NCBI GenBank assembly: GCA_964637345.1
Contig: CAZWTD010000004.1
Span: 1 to 63,055, forward strand
Reading direction: 5' to 3'
Length of the DNA: 63,055 nt
Source: an uncultured Gammaproteobacteria bacterium
GTDB lineage: Bacteria > Patescibacteriota > Patescibacteriia > HK-STAS-PATE-3
Under the pieces are notes generated by a model. That model made no database searches. It saw nothing but the letters and a program-made list of their open reading frames with translations, and had not been told where the DNA came from. The position numbers and the translations under genes are program-made. Positions 32,596 through 40,715 of this stretch are shown one piece after another (within the stretch, counting starts at the first letter, position 1; the number at the start of each line of letters is the position of its first letter).

Positions 32596-34047
32596 CTAAC
32601 GGCTTTCTAACTTCAGCCTCGGAAATAGACCTTCGCCCTTCGTAATCTTCTCGGCCGAAAACGCTTCCCGAATTCGCTTTCCGGTTTCCGGCAGAAAGGG
32701 TTCAACTAAGCCAGCAAGAGCCAGCAGGCTCTTCGCCCAGCGCGAGAGGTGATTTCGGACCCCTGCCTCGTCGGTTTTTACCAGCACCCAGGGCTTAGCC
32801 GCATCGATCTCTTCATCAATCGCGGTCACGAAACTCTGAATCGTTGTTAACGCGCCCTGAAGGTGGAGCTTCGTCATTTCCTCCTGATATTTCTCAACGA
32901 GCGCCGTACTCTGCTGATCGAGTTCGAGCGTCCGGTCAACCTGGCCGTCGCAGTATTGCTCGATCATCTTCGCCGTCCGCGCAACGAGGTTCCCGAGGCC
33001 GTTCACGAGATGAGCTTCGTACTGTTCAGCCAACACGCTCGGACGAATATCGCCGTCGCTCCCAAAACGGAACTGACTTAAGAGAAGAAAACGGGTCGCG
33101 TCGACGCCATACTTCGCAATGAGATCATTCGGATCAAGAACATTCCCGAGCGACTTCGACATCTTCGTCCCGTTCAGGGTGAAAAAGCCGTGCGCGAAAA
33201 TCCGGCGCGGTAACTCCTCCCCGGCCGCCAAGAGCATCGCCGGCCAGTAGACTGCATGAAACTTCAGGATATCCTTCGCCATGAGGTGAAGATCAGCCGG
33301 CCACCATTTCGTATACTCAGCCTCATCCGCTCCGTAGCCGATCGCGCTCACGTAATTCATTAACGCCTCAACCCAGACGTAGATCTTCTGGCCGTCCTCG
33401 TAGGGAAAAGGAATTCCCCATTCAACGCGCTGGCGGGTGATTGAGAAATTGTTTAAGCCCTGATCAATCAAGGCGAGGACTTCATTCCGCCGAGCCTCGG
33501 GCTCGATGCGAAGCGCATTCGTCTCGATCAACGCACGAACCTTCGGGAGATACTCTTCAAGGTGAAAAAACCAGTTGTCCTCCTTCACAAGCTCAGGACT
33601 GGTTTTGTGGATCGGACATTTCCCGTCGACGAGATCTTTCTCGGTATAAAAATCCTCGCAGCCTCGGCAATAGAGGCCTTCATAGGTCCCTTTATACAGA
33701 GCGTTTGCCTTATAGAGCTTATCGATAAATTTATGGACGGCATCAGCGTGACTCGGGAGAGTCGTTCGCATGAAAATATCATTACTGATATCGAGAGCTC
33801 GGAAAGCTGACTCAAACGCTTTCGCGTTCTCATCGACAAATTCCTGAATCTCGAGATTGGCCGCCATGGCGCTCGCTGCTACCTTATCCCCGTGCTCATC
33901 CGTCCCCGTTAAAAAGAACACATCGTCGCCGAGTGAGCGATGATAGCGCGCGAGAACGTCTGCCGCGAGGGTCGTATAGGCATGCCCCAGATGCGGCTTA
34001 TCGTTGACATAGTATATTGGCGTGGTGACGTAGAATTTCTTCACCAT
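32596..34047 (-). CDS. metG: Methionine--tRNA ligase (short form)
   Basis: YVTTPIYYVNDKPHLGH, GTDEHG, KMSKS. ATG at 34047. Confidence 0.96.
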   Translation of the reverse strand: MVKKFYVTTPIYYVNDKPHLGHAYTTLAADVLARYHRSLGDDVFFLTGTDEHGDKVAASAMAANLEIQEFVDENAKAFESAFRALDISNDIFMRTTLPSHADAVHKFIDKLYKANALYKGTYEGLYCRGCEDFYTEKDLVDGKCPIHKTSPELVKEDNWFFHLEEYLPKVRALIETNALRIEPEARRNEVLALIDQGLNNFSITRQRVEWGIPFPYEDGQKIYVWVEALMNYVSAIGYGADEAEYTKWWPADLHLMAKDILKFHAVYWPAMLLAAGEELPRRIFAHGFFTLNGTKMSKSLGNVLDPNDLIAKYGVDATRFLLLSQFRFGSDGDIRPSVLAEQYEAHLVNGLGNLVARTAKMIEQYCDGQVDRTLELDQQSTALVEKYQEEMTKLHLQGALTTIQSFVTAIDEEIDAAKPWVLVKTDEAGVRNHLSRWAKSLLALAGLVEPFLPETGKRIREAFSAEKITKGEGLFPRLKLESR

Positions 34048-34124
34048 AGATTGGGTCGTAATGCCTGCCCCACACAAGGAGCGAAGCAACGCGATGCGGG
34101 GTAGAACTTCTTGGGTTCAGTCAT
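34030..34124 (-). repeat. Duplicated metG start (MTEPKKFY / MVKKFY) around a palindromic insert
   Basis: AAGAAGTTCTAC (34101-34112) versus AAGAAATTCTAC (34030-34041), offset 71. Confidence 0.65.
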
Positions 34125-34133
34125 AGCGCTCCG

Positions 34134-34162
34134 ATTGTACGACCCTTTCCCGAGACAAGCAA
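34134..34162 (-). promoter_or_regulatory. Sigma70 promoter of metG
   Basis: TTGCTT-N17-TACAAT, 9 nt before ATG 34124. Confidence 0.7.
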
Positions 34163-34187
34163 GTCTCCGCCCAATTCTGAAAACGCA

Positions 34188-34862
34188 TTACTCCGGCGCG
34201 ACCAGGACTACGAACTCCCCCTTTTGACGCTTCGGATCAAGCTCAAGCTCGGCCTTGATCGTGACCGCATCGCCCCGGAGAATTTCCTCGTAGATTTTTG
34301 TCAGCTCGCGCCCGATGACGAGGCGCCGGCTCGGACAAAGGGCATGCAGTTGATCAAGCGTTTTCAGAATCCGATGGGTCGACTCGAAAAAAACCATCGG
34401 ATAGGGACTCTCGGCGATCTGACGGAAGAGCGTTTCGCGGCCTTTTTTATGAGGCAAAAAACCGAGGAAGGTAAAACGATCCGTTGGTAGTCCGGCGACC
34501 GAGAGAAGAGTTGTAACCGCGCTTGGTCCCGGAATCGGCTCAACGCGAATCCCGGCTTCAACCGCCCGCTGGACAAGGAGATTGCCGGGATCAGAAATTC
34601 CCGGCGTCCCCGCGTCCGAAACGAGGACCGCGTTCTTTCCTTCCTTCAGCCAGGCGAGGATATCATCAATGCGCTCAAGCCGACTATGCTGGTGATAGGA
34701 AATGAGCGGCTTGGCAATCCCAAAACGATCAAGGAGGACGCGCGTCACCCGCGTGTCTTCGCAAAGTACAAAATCAGCCCGCTGGAGCACAGCCTGACCG
34801 CGAATCGTCAAATCATCGAGATTGCCGATCGGCGTACCGAGAATAGAGAGCGTGCCGGCCAT
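34188..34862 (-). CDS. rsmI: 16S rRNA C1402 2'-O-methyltransferase
   Basis: GTPIGNL, CEDTR, SDAGTPGISDPG, PGPSA, RELTKIYEE. Confidence 0.95.
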   Translation of the reverse strand: MAGTLSILGTPIGNLDDLTIRGQAVLQRADFVLCEDTRVTRVLLDRFGIAKPLISYHQHSRLERIDDILAWLKEGKNAVLVSDAGTPGISDPGNLLVQRAVEAGIRVEPIPGPSAVTTLLSVAGLPTDRFTFLGFLPHKKGRETLFRQIAESPYPMVFFESTHRILKTLDQLHALCPSRRLVIGRELTKIYEEILRGDAVTIKAELELDPKRQKGEFVVLVAPE

Positions 34863-34868
34863 GAGCGC

Positions 34869-35924
34869 CTAGGTCTCGAGCCGTTGTTCTTCGGCCTGCT
34901 TCTCTTGAAAAAAATTCTCGAGGAGGGCGTTGCCAATAATCGTGACCGGGATTGCGAGAATGACTCCAGGGATACCGGCGATTTTCGCGCCAATGAGCAT
35001 CACAACTATGACTACGACAGGATTCAAGCCGGTCACTTTCTGCATTACCTTGGGAACAATGAGGTTGTTCTCAAGCTGCTGAATGACAATGTAGAGAATG
35101 ATGACGAGCAGCGCCTTTAAGGGCGACTGGGTAAAAGCAACAAGCACGGCCGGGATCGCACCAATAAAAGGTCCAGCGATCGGAACAAACTCGGTCAACC
35201 CGGCGATGAGCGAAAGAACAAGCGCAAAATTCACGCCGAGAATCGAAAGCCCGATGAAGGTCAGGACACCGATAATGAGGCAGAGGATGAGCTGGCCGCG
35301 GAGCCAGAGGCCGAGGCGATGCTGGATGCGGTTCATCGTCTGGATGAGGACCGGCTGGTAGTGCAGCGGCGCAATTGCCTGAAAGAACTTCTTAATCCCA
35401 TGTTCCTCAAGCGTCATATAAAAGGTCAGGACGAGGATACCGAACAAGGTGAAGACGCCGCCAAACAGGCTAACGACTCCGCTGAAAATGCTGGTCGTGA
35501 TTTTGAGGAGCGACTGATTCAGCGCGTTCAGCATGTTCTGAATGCCGTTGAGGAGCGACTGGTCAGCCGCGGTTTCATTTCCTATGCTGTCTGACGCCCG
35601 GTTATACAATTCCGGAAAACGCTGGACGAGCTGGTTGACCTGGTCAGCGACGAGCGGGACGAAAAGAACAACGGTTAACGTGATAACGCCAATTAAAATC
35701 GCGTAGAGAATGATAATGCCGAGGACGCGCGGAATTCCCCGCCGCTGAAGGGAATCTACCCAGGGGTCAAGCGCCGAGGCGAAGACGAGCGAAATGAAGA
35801 GGATCGCCAGAACATCCTTAATAACGTACAGAATCGCCACCAAGAGCAAAATCCCGAGGATCTTGATGATCCCGCCGGTCGAAACACGGAGCGTAACGGA
35901 TTCTTGGCGTTGCGGTTGTTCCAT
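34869..35924 (-). CDS. AI-2E family transporter
   Basis: Multi-TM with EFVPIAGP, QQLENNLIVPKV, GAKIAGIPG. Confidence 0.9.
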   Translation of the reverse strand: MEQPQRQESVTLRVSTGGIIKILGILLLVAILYVIKDVLAILFISLVFASALDPWVDSLQRRGIPRVLGIIILYAILIGVITLTVVLFVPLVADQVNQLVQRFPELYNRASDSIGNETAADQSLLNGIQNMLNALNQSLLKITTSIFSGVVSLFGGVFTLFGILVLTFYMTLEEHGIKKFFQAIAPLHYQPVLIQTMNRIQHRLGLWLRGQLILCLIIGVLTFIGLSILGVNFALVLSLIAGLTEFVPIAGPFIGAIPAVLVAFTQSPLKALLVIILYIVIQQLENNLIVPKVMQKVTGLNPVVVIVVMLIGAKIAGIPGVILAIPVTIIGNALLENFFQEKQAEEQRLET

Positions 35925-35966
35925 ACGACGCTAGTATAGCGTTCCGGGCGACGAAAAACAACCGAG

Positions 35967-37256
35967 CTAGCCGATCAGGCGCCGGAACGGTTCTTTATCA
36001 GCGTAAGGACCAATCAGGGCTAGGGTCAGCTGGCTGCGCTTGAGCACTGAGCGAGCAACGGATCGTACGTCCTCCCGCGTGACTTTTCGCAGCTTCGCCA
36101 TTTTCTCAGCCGGCGTCTCGAGCTTGTTCGTAAGAAGCCACTGTTTTCCGAACCAAGCCCCAAGACTCTCCGAATCTTCAAGCTCTAGGACGAGCTTGCC
36201 GTTCGTGAATTCTTTCGCCCGCTTGAGCTCAACCGCGCTCACGCCCTTCGCGGCGACTTGGTCAAGTTCGGCAAGGATGGCTTTAATCGCTTCTTCCGCT
36301 CGCGCCTTCGCTACCCCGGCCTGGATAAACAGCGCTCCTGTGTCTTCATACACACTCGGGGAGCAGCGAACCGCGTAGGCAAGACCCTTTCGTTCGCGAA
36401 TCGAAATGAAGAGCCGCGAACTCATATTCCCGCCGAGGATCGTCGAAAGGAGGGAGAGGGCTGGGAGCCGCCGATCCGCATACGACAAGGCCGGAAAGCC
36501 GAGTCCGATTTGTGCCTGTTCCGTTTCTTTCGTTTGAAGCCGGAGGCGCGGACCTTGCGCCACGGAGCGGTAGGGCCGAAGCGCGAGCGGTTGACGGCGA
36601 GACGTCGGGGCCGAGAACTGTTCCGAAATTTGCTTGAGGATGGTCGCCTCATCAAAGCGTCCGGAGACAACGACCATCATATTCGTCGGGAAATAATGCC
36701 GCTCGACGAATTTGAGAATCGTCTCCCGAGACACCGAGGAGATGACCGACCGCGGGCCGGCAATGAGCTGGCCGAGCGGATGGCCGCGGAAAAGCTCTTC
36801 TTCGAAGAGATCCTCAATGTACATGAGAGGATTATCTTCATACATGTTAATTTCCTCGATGATGACTTTCCGCTCCCGATCGATCTCCGTCGAATCGAAC
36901 TTCGAGTGATAAAGCATATCGGCCACAACGTCGAGCGCGAGGGCGAGATGGTCCGAGTTAATCTTCACGTAATAACCGGTATGGTCTTTGCTCGTGAACG
37001 CGTTGTATTCCGCGCCGACGCCGTCGAGCAAACGGGAGATCGCGAGCGTGTTCGGGCGTTTCGTCGTTCCTTTAAACATGAGGTGTTCAACGAAATGAGA
37101 AATCCCGTTCACCGCTCGGCTCTCGAAACGCGATCCGACCTTACAAAGGACAAGGACCGTTACAGCTTTGGTGTCCCGAAAGGGAACCGTTAATACGCGA
37201 AGACCGCTTCCTAATATTGTCGCATTGTACGGCCGATTAATGTGTTCCCTGATCAT
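35967..37256 (-). CDS. M16 (pitrilysin) zinc peptidase
   Basis: Inverzincin motif HFVEH, NAFTS, and ERKGLAY. Confidence 0.92.
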   Translation of the reverse strand: MIREHINRPYNATILGSGLRVLTVPFRDTKAVTVLVLCKVGSRFESRAVNGISHFVEHLMFKGTTKRPNTLAISRLLDGVGAEYNAFTSKDHTGYYVKINSDHLALALDVVADMLYHSKFDSTEIDRERKVIIEEINMYEDNPLMYIEDLFEEELFRGHPLGQLIAGPRSVISSVSRETILKFVERHYFPTNMMVVVSGRFDEATILKQISEQFSAPTSRRQPLALRPYRSVAQGPRLRLQTKETEQAQIGLGFPALSYADRRLPALSLLSTILGGNMSSRLFISIRERKGLAYAVRCSPSVYEDTGALFIQAGVAKARAEEAIKAILAELDQVAAKGVSAVELKRAKEFTNGKLVLELEDSESLGAWFGKQWLLTNKLETPAEKMAKLRKVTREDVRSVARSVLKRSQLTLALIGPYADKEPFRRLIG

Positions 37257-37258
37257 TT

Positions 37259-37834
37259 TTACGATGAGAATAACGTAGTCGGTAAATATGCCGAGATCTC
37301 TTCCTTCGTGAGAAGGCGGGTAATATTTGCATATCTTTGAAGGCCATAGCTTGGGCGGTCCGCAAAACCAATATACTCAACAGTCTTCTTGTACTTTCGA
37401 ACTCGCTGTAACGCCGGAATTAAATCGGTATCTGAGCTAATCAAAATCGCTACGTCATAACGGTCCTCAAAAGCGCCTTCGACAAGATCTACTGCCAGCC
37501 GAACATCGACGCCTTTTTCATGATACGTCTTATCCGGGTGCTTCATAATGTGTCCTCGGACAACAGAATAGCCTTGGTCTACTGACTCAAGCCAAGCGAA
37601 AAGTCGTTGCTGATTGCGAACCATCCTGTCTACATTCGCATTGAGATTCCCGGGATCTCTCCGGACGATACCTACGTAATAGTTTTTCGAAACAACCCTC
37701 CTCTCGCCCGCCAACCATTGAGCAAGAAGACCATAATTAAACAGAATCGGGAATCGCAATGCGCCGCTTTTTAGAAGGCGACTCGCCCCATTATAGAAAT
37801 TGCTTCCATCAATAAAAACGGCTACGCGCAACAT
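37259..37834 (-). CDS. NYN-domain (LabA/DUF88, PIN-fold) protein
   Basis: FIDGSNFY, EKGVDV, SSDTDL. AT-richer than its neighbours. Confidence 0.88.
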   Translation of the reverse strand: MLRVAVFIDGSNFYNGASRLLKSGALRFPILFNYGLLAQWLAGERRVVSKNYYVGIVRRDPGNLNANVDRMVRNQQRLFAWLESVDQGYSVVRGHIMKHPDKTYHEKGVDVRLAVDLVEGAFEDRYDVAILISSDTDLIPALQRVRKYKKTVEYIGFADRPSYGLQRYANITRLLTKEEISAYLPTTLFSS

Positions 37835-37835
37835 A

Positions 37836-37875
37836 AACAAAAACCTGCCATTACGCCTTTCGACGTAGGGGCAGG
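37836..37875 (-). terminator. Terminator-like hairpin inside the NYN 5' leader
   Basis: CCTGCC..GGCAGG stem followed by TTTTTGTTT directly before the ATG. Confidence 0.5.
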
Positions 37876-37891
37876 GGTGTTAGTAATAGGT

Positions 37892-37920
37892 AGTATATCC
37901 CCTTTTTTCACTATTGTCAA
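37892..37920 (-). promoter_or_regulatory. Sigma70 promoter of the NYN gene
   Basis: TTGACA-N17-TATACT. Confidence 0.8.
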
Positions 37921-37923
37921 CCT

Positions 37924-39252
37924 TTAAAACGATGAGCAAAAAAAACTAGGGATTTCGCTAAGAAGAATCCTCTCCTGTTCCATCGTATCCCGGTCACGGA
38001 CAGTCACAGCGTTATCATTCAAAGTATCGAAATCGACGGTGACGCAGTAAGGCGTCCCGATTTCATCTTGCCGCCGGTAGCGCCGGCCGATCGAGGCGAC
38101 GTCGTCATACTGAACAACGAAATTCGGCCGGAGCAACTCTAGGAGTTCCTGGGCTTTTTCAGGTAAGCGATCTTTCTTCGAGAGCGGAAGAATCGCAATC
38201 TGCACCGGGGCAAGGTGCTTCGGAAATTTCAAAACGACTTCCTCTTCTTTATTCGACTCTGTCGTCGTTGTCCGGCCTCCCTCAATCTTCGTGTACGACT
38301 CCAGCAAAACGGCGAGGAGGAGACGATCAATTCCGCCCGTCGGCTCGATGACAAAAGGCCGGTAGGTCTCCCCGCTTTCCGGGTCCCGGTAGATGAATTT
38401 CTTTCCGCTCGCTTTTTCGTGCTGTGCAAGATCAAAATCCGTTCGGTTCGCAATTCCCCAGAGCTCGTCCCAGCCCCACGGGAACTGATAGTGGAAGTCG
38501 ACGGTCCGCTTGCTGTAATGCGCGAGCGTATCCTTCGGGTGCTCGTGGAGTTTCAAATGCTCTTCCTTTAATCCAAAGTCATTCACGAGCGAGTCGCGCA
38601 TAAAGCTCAGCCACTCATCAAAGGCGCGTTCGTCGTCGCCCGGTTTCACGAAATATTCAAGCTCGGCAATCGTGAACTCCCGAAGCCGAAAGAGAAAATT
38701 CCGATAGGTGATTTCATTCCGAAAGGCCTTCCCGATCTGGGCAATCCCGAAGGGCAGGCGCGCGCGGGCGCTCGTCAAAATATTCGAAAAGTTCGTGAAC
38801 ATCCCCTGCGCGGTTTCCGGGCGAAGATACGCGACATTCGACTCCTCTTCGACCGGACCGACGAAAGTCTTAAACATGAGCTGGAATTCGCGCGGATCAG
38901 TAAACTGCCCTTGGTGCTTATGGGCCTGGATCGTCTCAACATGGTCGGCGCGGAAGCGCTCGTGGCAAACACGGCACTCGACGAGCGGATCAGTAAAGTT
39001 CGAGAGGTGTCCGCTCGCCTCCCAGACTTTCGGGTTCATGATGATCGTACTCTCAACCCCGGCCATATCCGAACGCGACTCAACAAAACGCTTCCACCAG
39101 CGCCGTTCGATATTCCGCTTCAGCTGAACCCCGAGCGGACCGTAATCATAAAAGCCGCCGATTCCGCTATACACTTCGGAAGAAGGATAGACAAAACCGC
39201 GCTGCTTTGCAAGCGAGATGAGCTTTTCCATGATGTCAGATTTCTCAGCCAT
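37924..39252 (-). CDS. glyQS: Glycine--tRNA ligase, homodimeric (eukaryote-like) type
   Basis: YDYGPLG, LRPETAQG, GKAFRNEI, LFRLREF, VIEPTGGIDR, YRRQDEIGTP. ATG at 39252. Confidence 0.95.
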   Translation of the reverse strand: MAEKSDIMEKLISLAKQRGFVYPSSEVYSGIGGFYDYGPLGVQLKRNIERRWWKRFVESRSDMAGVESTIIMNPKVWEASGHLSNFTDPLVECRVCHERFRADHVETIQAHKHQGQFTDPREFQLMFKTFVGPVEEESNVAYLRPETAQGMFTNFSNILTSARARLPFGIAQIGKAFRNEITYRNFLFRLREFTIAELEYFVKPGDDERAFDEWLSFMRDSLVNDFGLKEEHLKLHEHPKDTLAHYSKRTVDFHYQFPWGWDELWGIANRTDFDLAQHEKASGKKFIYRDPESGETYRPFVIEPTGGIDRLLLAVLLESYTKIEGGRTTTTESNKEEEVVLKFPKHLAPVQIAILPLSKKDRLPEKAQELLELLRPNFVVQYDDVASIGRRYRRQDEIGTPYCVTVDFDTLNDNAVTVRDRDTMEQERILLSEIPSFFCSSF

Positions 39253-39263
39253 AAATCCCTGCC

Positions 39264-39292
39264 AGTATACGAAGAATTGCCCGAACTGACAA
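39264..39292 (-). promoter_or_regulatory. Sigma70 promoter of glyQS
   Basis: TTGTCA-N17-TATACT, 11 nt before the ATG. Confidence 0.75.
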
Positions 39293-39296
39293 GATA

Positions 39297-39329
39297 AGAA
39301 AATGGGGCGGCGCTGCGTAGCGTCGCCCC
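39297..39329 (-). terminator. Intrinsic terminator
   Basis: GGGGCGACGCT/AGCGCCGCCCC (1 mismatch) followed by ATTTTCTT. Confidence 0.65.
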
Positions 39330-39455
39330 GGGGAACACGGCGTCTTGTTGACGTCGTCACGGAGGGTGCGAAGATTCGATCGACATTGCGCGCTCCATGG
39401 GAAGGAGGCCGTCATGCTGTTGCCAACGGGGTAAGACCCAGCCGCAACATCTCAA

Positions 39456-39484
39456 AGCCTACTCGTATGCCCGACCCGCGTCAA
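39456..39484 (-). promoter_or_regulatory. Sigma70 promoter of an apparent non-coding unit
   Basis: TTGACG-N17-TAGGCT. Confidence 0.55.
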
Positions 39485-39490
39485 GGTTGT

Positions 39491-39661
39491 CTACCGCTCG
39501 TCGTCCTTCTTCTCAACGCTGGGAACCTCAGATTCCTCTTCAGGAACGTCGTTCCCTCCCCCGGCCGGACGATACCCAGCGCAGAATAGGGTCGACCCAG
39601 GATACTCGACCGGCTCTTGAGGTTCTTCTTTCGGCTTTTCGTCGTCACTTTTGCCACTCAT
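39491..39661 (-). CDS. 56-aa small protein, below the ORF-track cutoff
   Basis: AAGGAG SD. Sequence MSGKSDDEKPKRRTSRAGRVSWVDPILRWVSSGRGGNDVPEEESEVPSVEKKDDER. Confidence 0.5.
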   Translation of the reverse strand: MSGKSDDEKPKEEPQEPVEYPGSTLFCAGYRPAGGGNDVPEEESEVPSVEKKDDER

Positions 39662-39721
39662 CACTATCTCCTTGTCGCCGAAATGGCAGGCCTATTCTTC
39701 TCCGAAGGGAAACATTTGTCA

Positions 39722-39760
39722 ATAAAAAAAGAGCCCCGCACCATTGCAGTGGTGCGGGGC
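39722..39760 (-). terminator. Intrinsic terminator
   Basis: Perfect 11-bp stem GCCCCGCACCA/TGGTGCGGGGC followed by TCTTTTTTT. Confidence 0.85.
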
Positions 39761-39800
39761 AAGGATCAGGCTACTGCCTCTCGAGTCGCGAGGTACGCGG

Positions 39801-40373
39801 CTAGCAGAGGGTCGCCGGCGTTGAGGTGGCGAAGGCGGTCTCGTCGATGAAGTTCGGCGCGGTTCCGCGCTCGCTTCCGGAACGTTGAACCATCGCGGGC
39901 TGCGTCATGCTGGCCGTCGTCGAGGTGGCCTTGTCGGAGATCTCGCCCGTGAACATCGCCGTCGGGTCGATCGGCGCCTGTCCGCGCTCGATTCCGAGTG
40001 CCAGCACTTGGCTCGACGGGTGATGCGAAATTCCAAACGACGACTCCTCGTTGATGGCCGCGCCGTCGAAGATGACGATGTGCCGCACCTCCGAGCGACT
40101 GGTCAGAGTGGCGTCGTTCCTGTTGACGCATCCTCCATTGGTGGTTCCGATGTAGTTGGCGACCTCGGACGTCCACACGCTCATCTTGACGTCGTTGGTC
40201 AGGGCGAACGCGGTCTTCTCCCCGTCGATGGGCTGACCCGTCGTAGCCACGCCGATGACGGACTGGGCGGTCTGGTCGAAGCAAATCGCGTTGGTCGCGG
40301 CCATGCTCTGCATGATCGGCAGAGTCAAAGCCAACGCGACCGACATGAGAACCAGGAGCCACTTGCGCGCCAT
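39801..40373 (-). CDS. Secreted Thr/Ala-rich hypothetical protein
   Basis: AAAGGAGG SD before ATG 40373, and a signal peptide. Confidence 0.65.
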   Translation of the reverse strand: MARKWLLVLMSVALALTLPIMQSMAATNAICFDQTAQSVIGVATTGQPIDGEKTAFALTNDVKMSVWTSEVANYIGTTNGGCVNRNDATLTSRSEVRHIVIFDGAAINEESSFGISHHPSSQVLALGIERGQAPIDPTAMFTGEISDKATSTTASMTQPAMVQRSGSERGTAPNFIDETAFATSTPATLC

Positions 40374-40500
40374 AGAGCCTCCTTTCACAGAAGCGCGCCT
40401 CGTACCTGTTGTGAAGGTTCACTGGTGTCGTCCGCCCCAAAACTGCCGGGACAAACGTGGTTATCCTACAAAATTAGCCAAAAAAGTCAAGAAGAAAACG

Positions 40501-40706
40501 AAAACCCCGCGCCGAGATTGAAACCTTTTACTAAGCGCGTATGATTCTCCCTGCATTGTCATGCCGGACCACGATCCGGCATCCATGGATTCCGGCTCAA
40601 GGCCGGAATGACAGAGGAGCAAAAGGCTACCCGAAGGCGAATGAACAATAGAAAACCCGCGCCGGTCATTGCGAGCCTAGGAAGGCGAAGCAATCTCGGC
40701 GCGGGG
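40501..40706. repeat. Composite palindrome cluster (REP dimer, TCATTGCGAGC element and 16-bp outer inverted repeat)
   Basis: CCCCGCGCCGAGATTG (40505-40520) and its exact reverse complement (40691-40706). TGTCAT..ATGACA dimer at 40557-40613. Confidence 0.8.
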
Positions 40707-40715
40707 GCAGAAGGA

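Noticed and set aside
39252-39661. glyQS start duplication (MAEKSDIMEK versus MSGKSDDEK)
   Set aside because: Only a gapped KSD..EK match in low-complexity charged sequence, too weak to count as another regenerated terminus.
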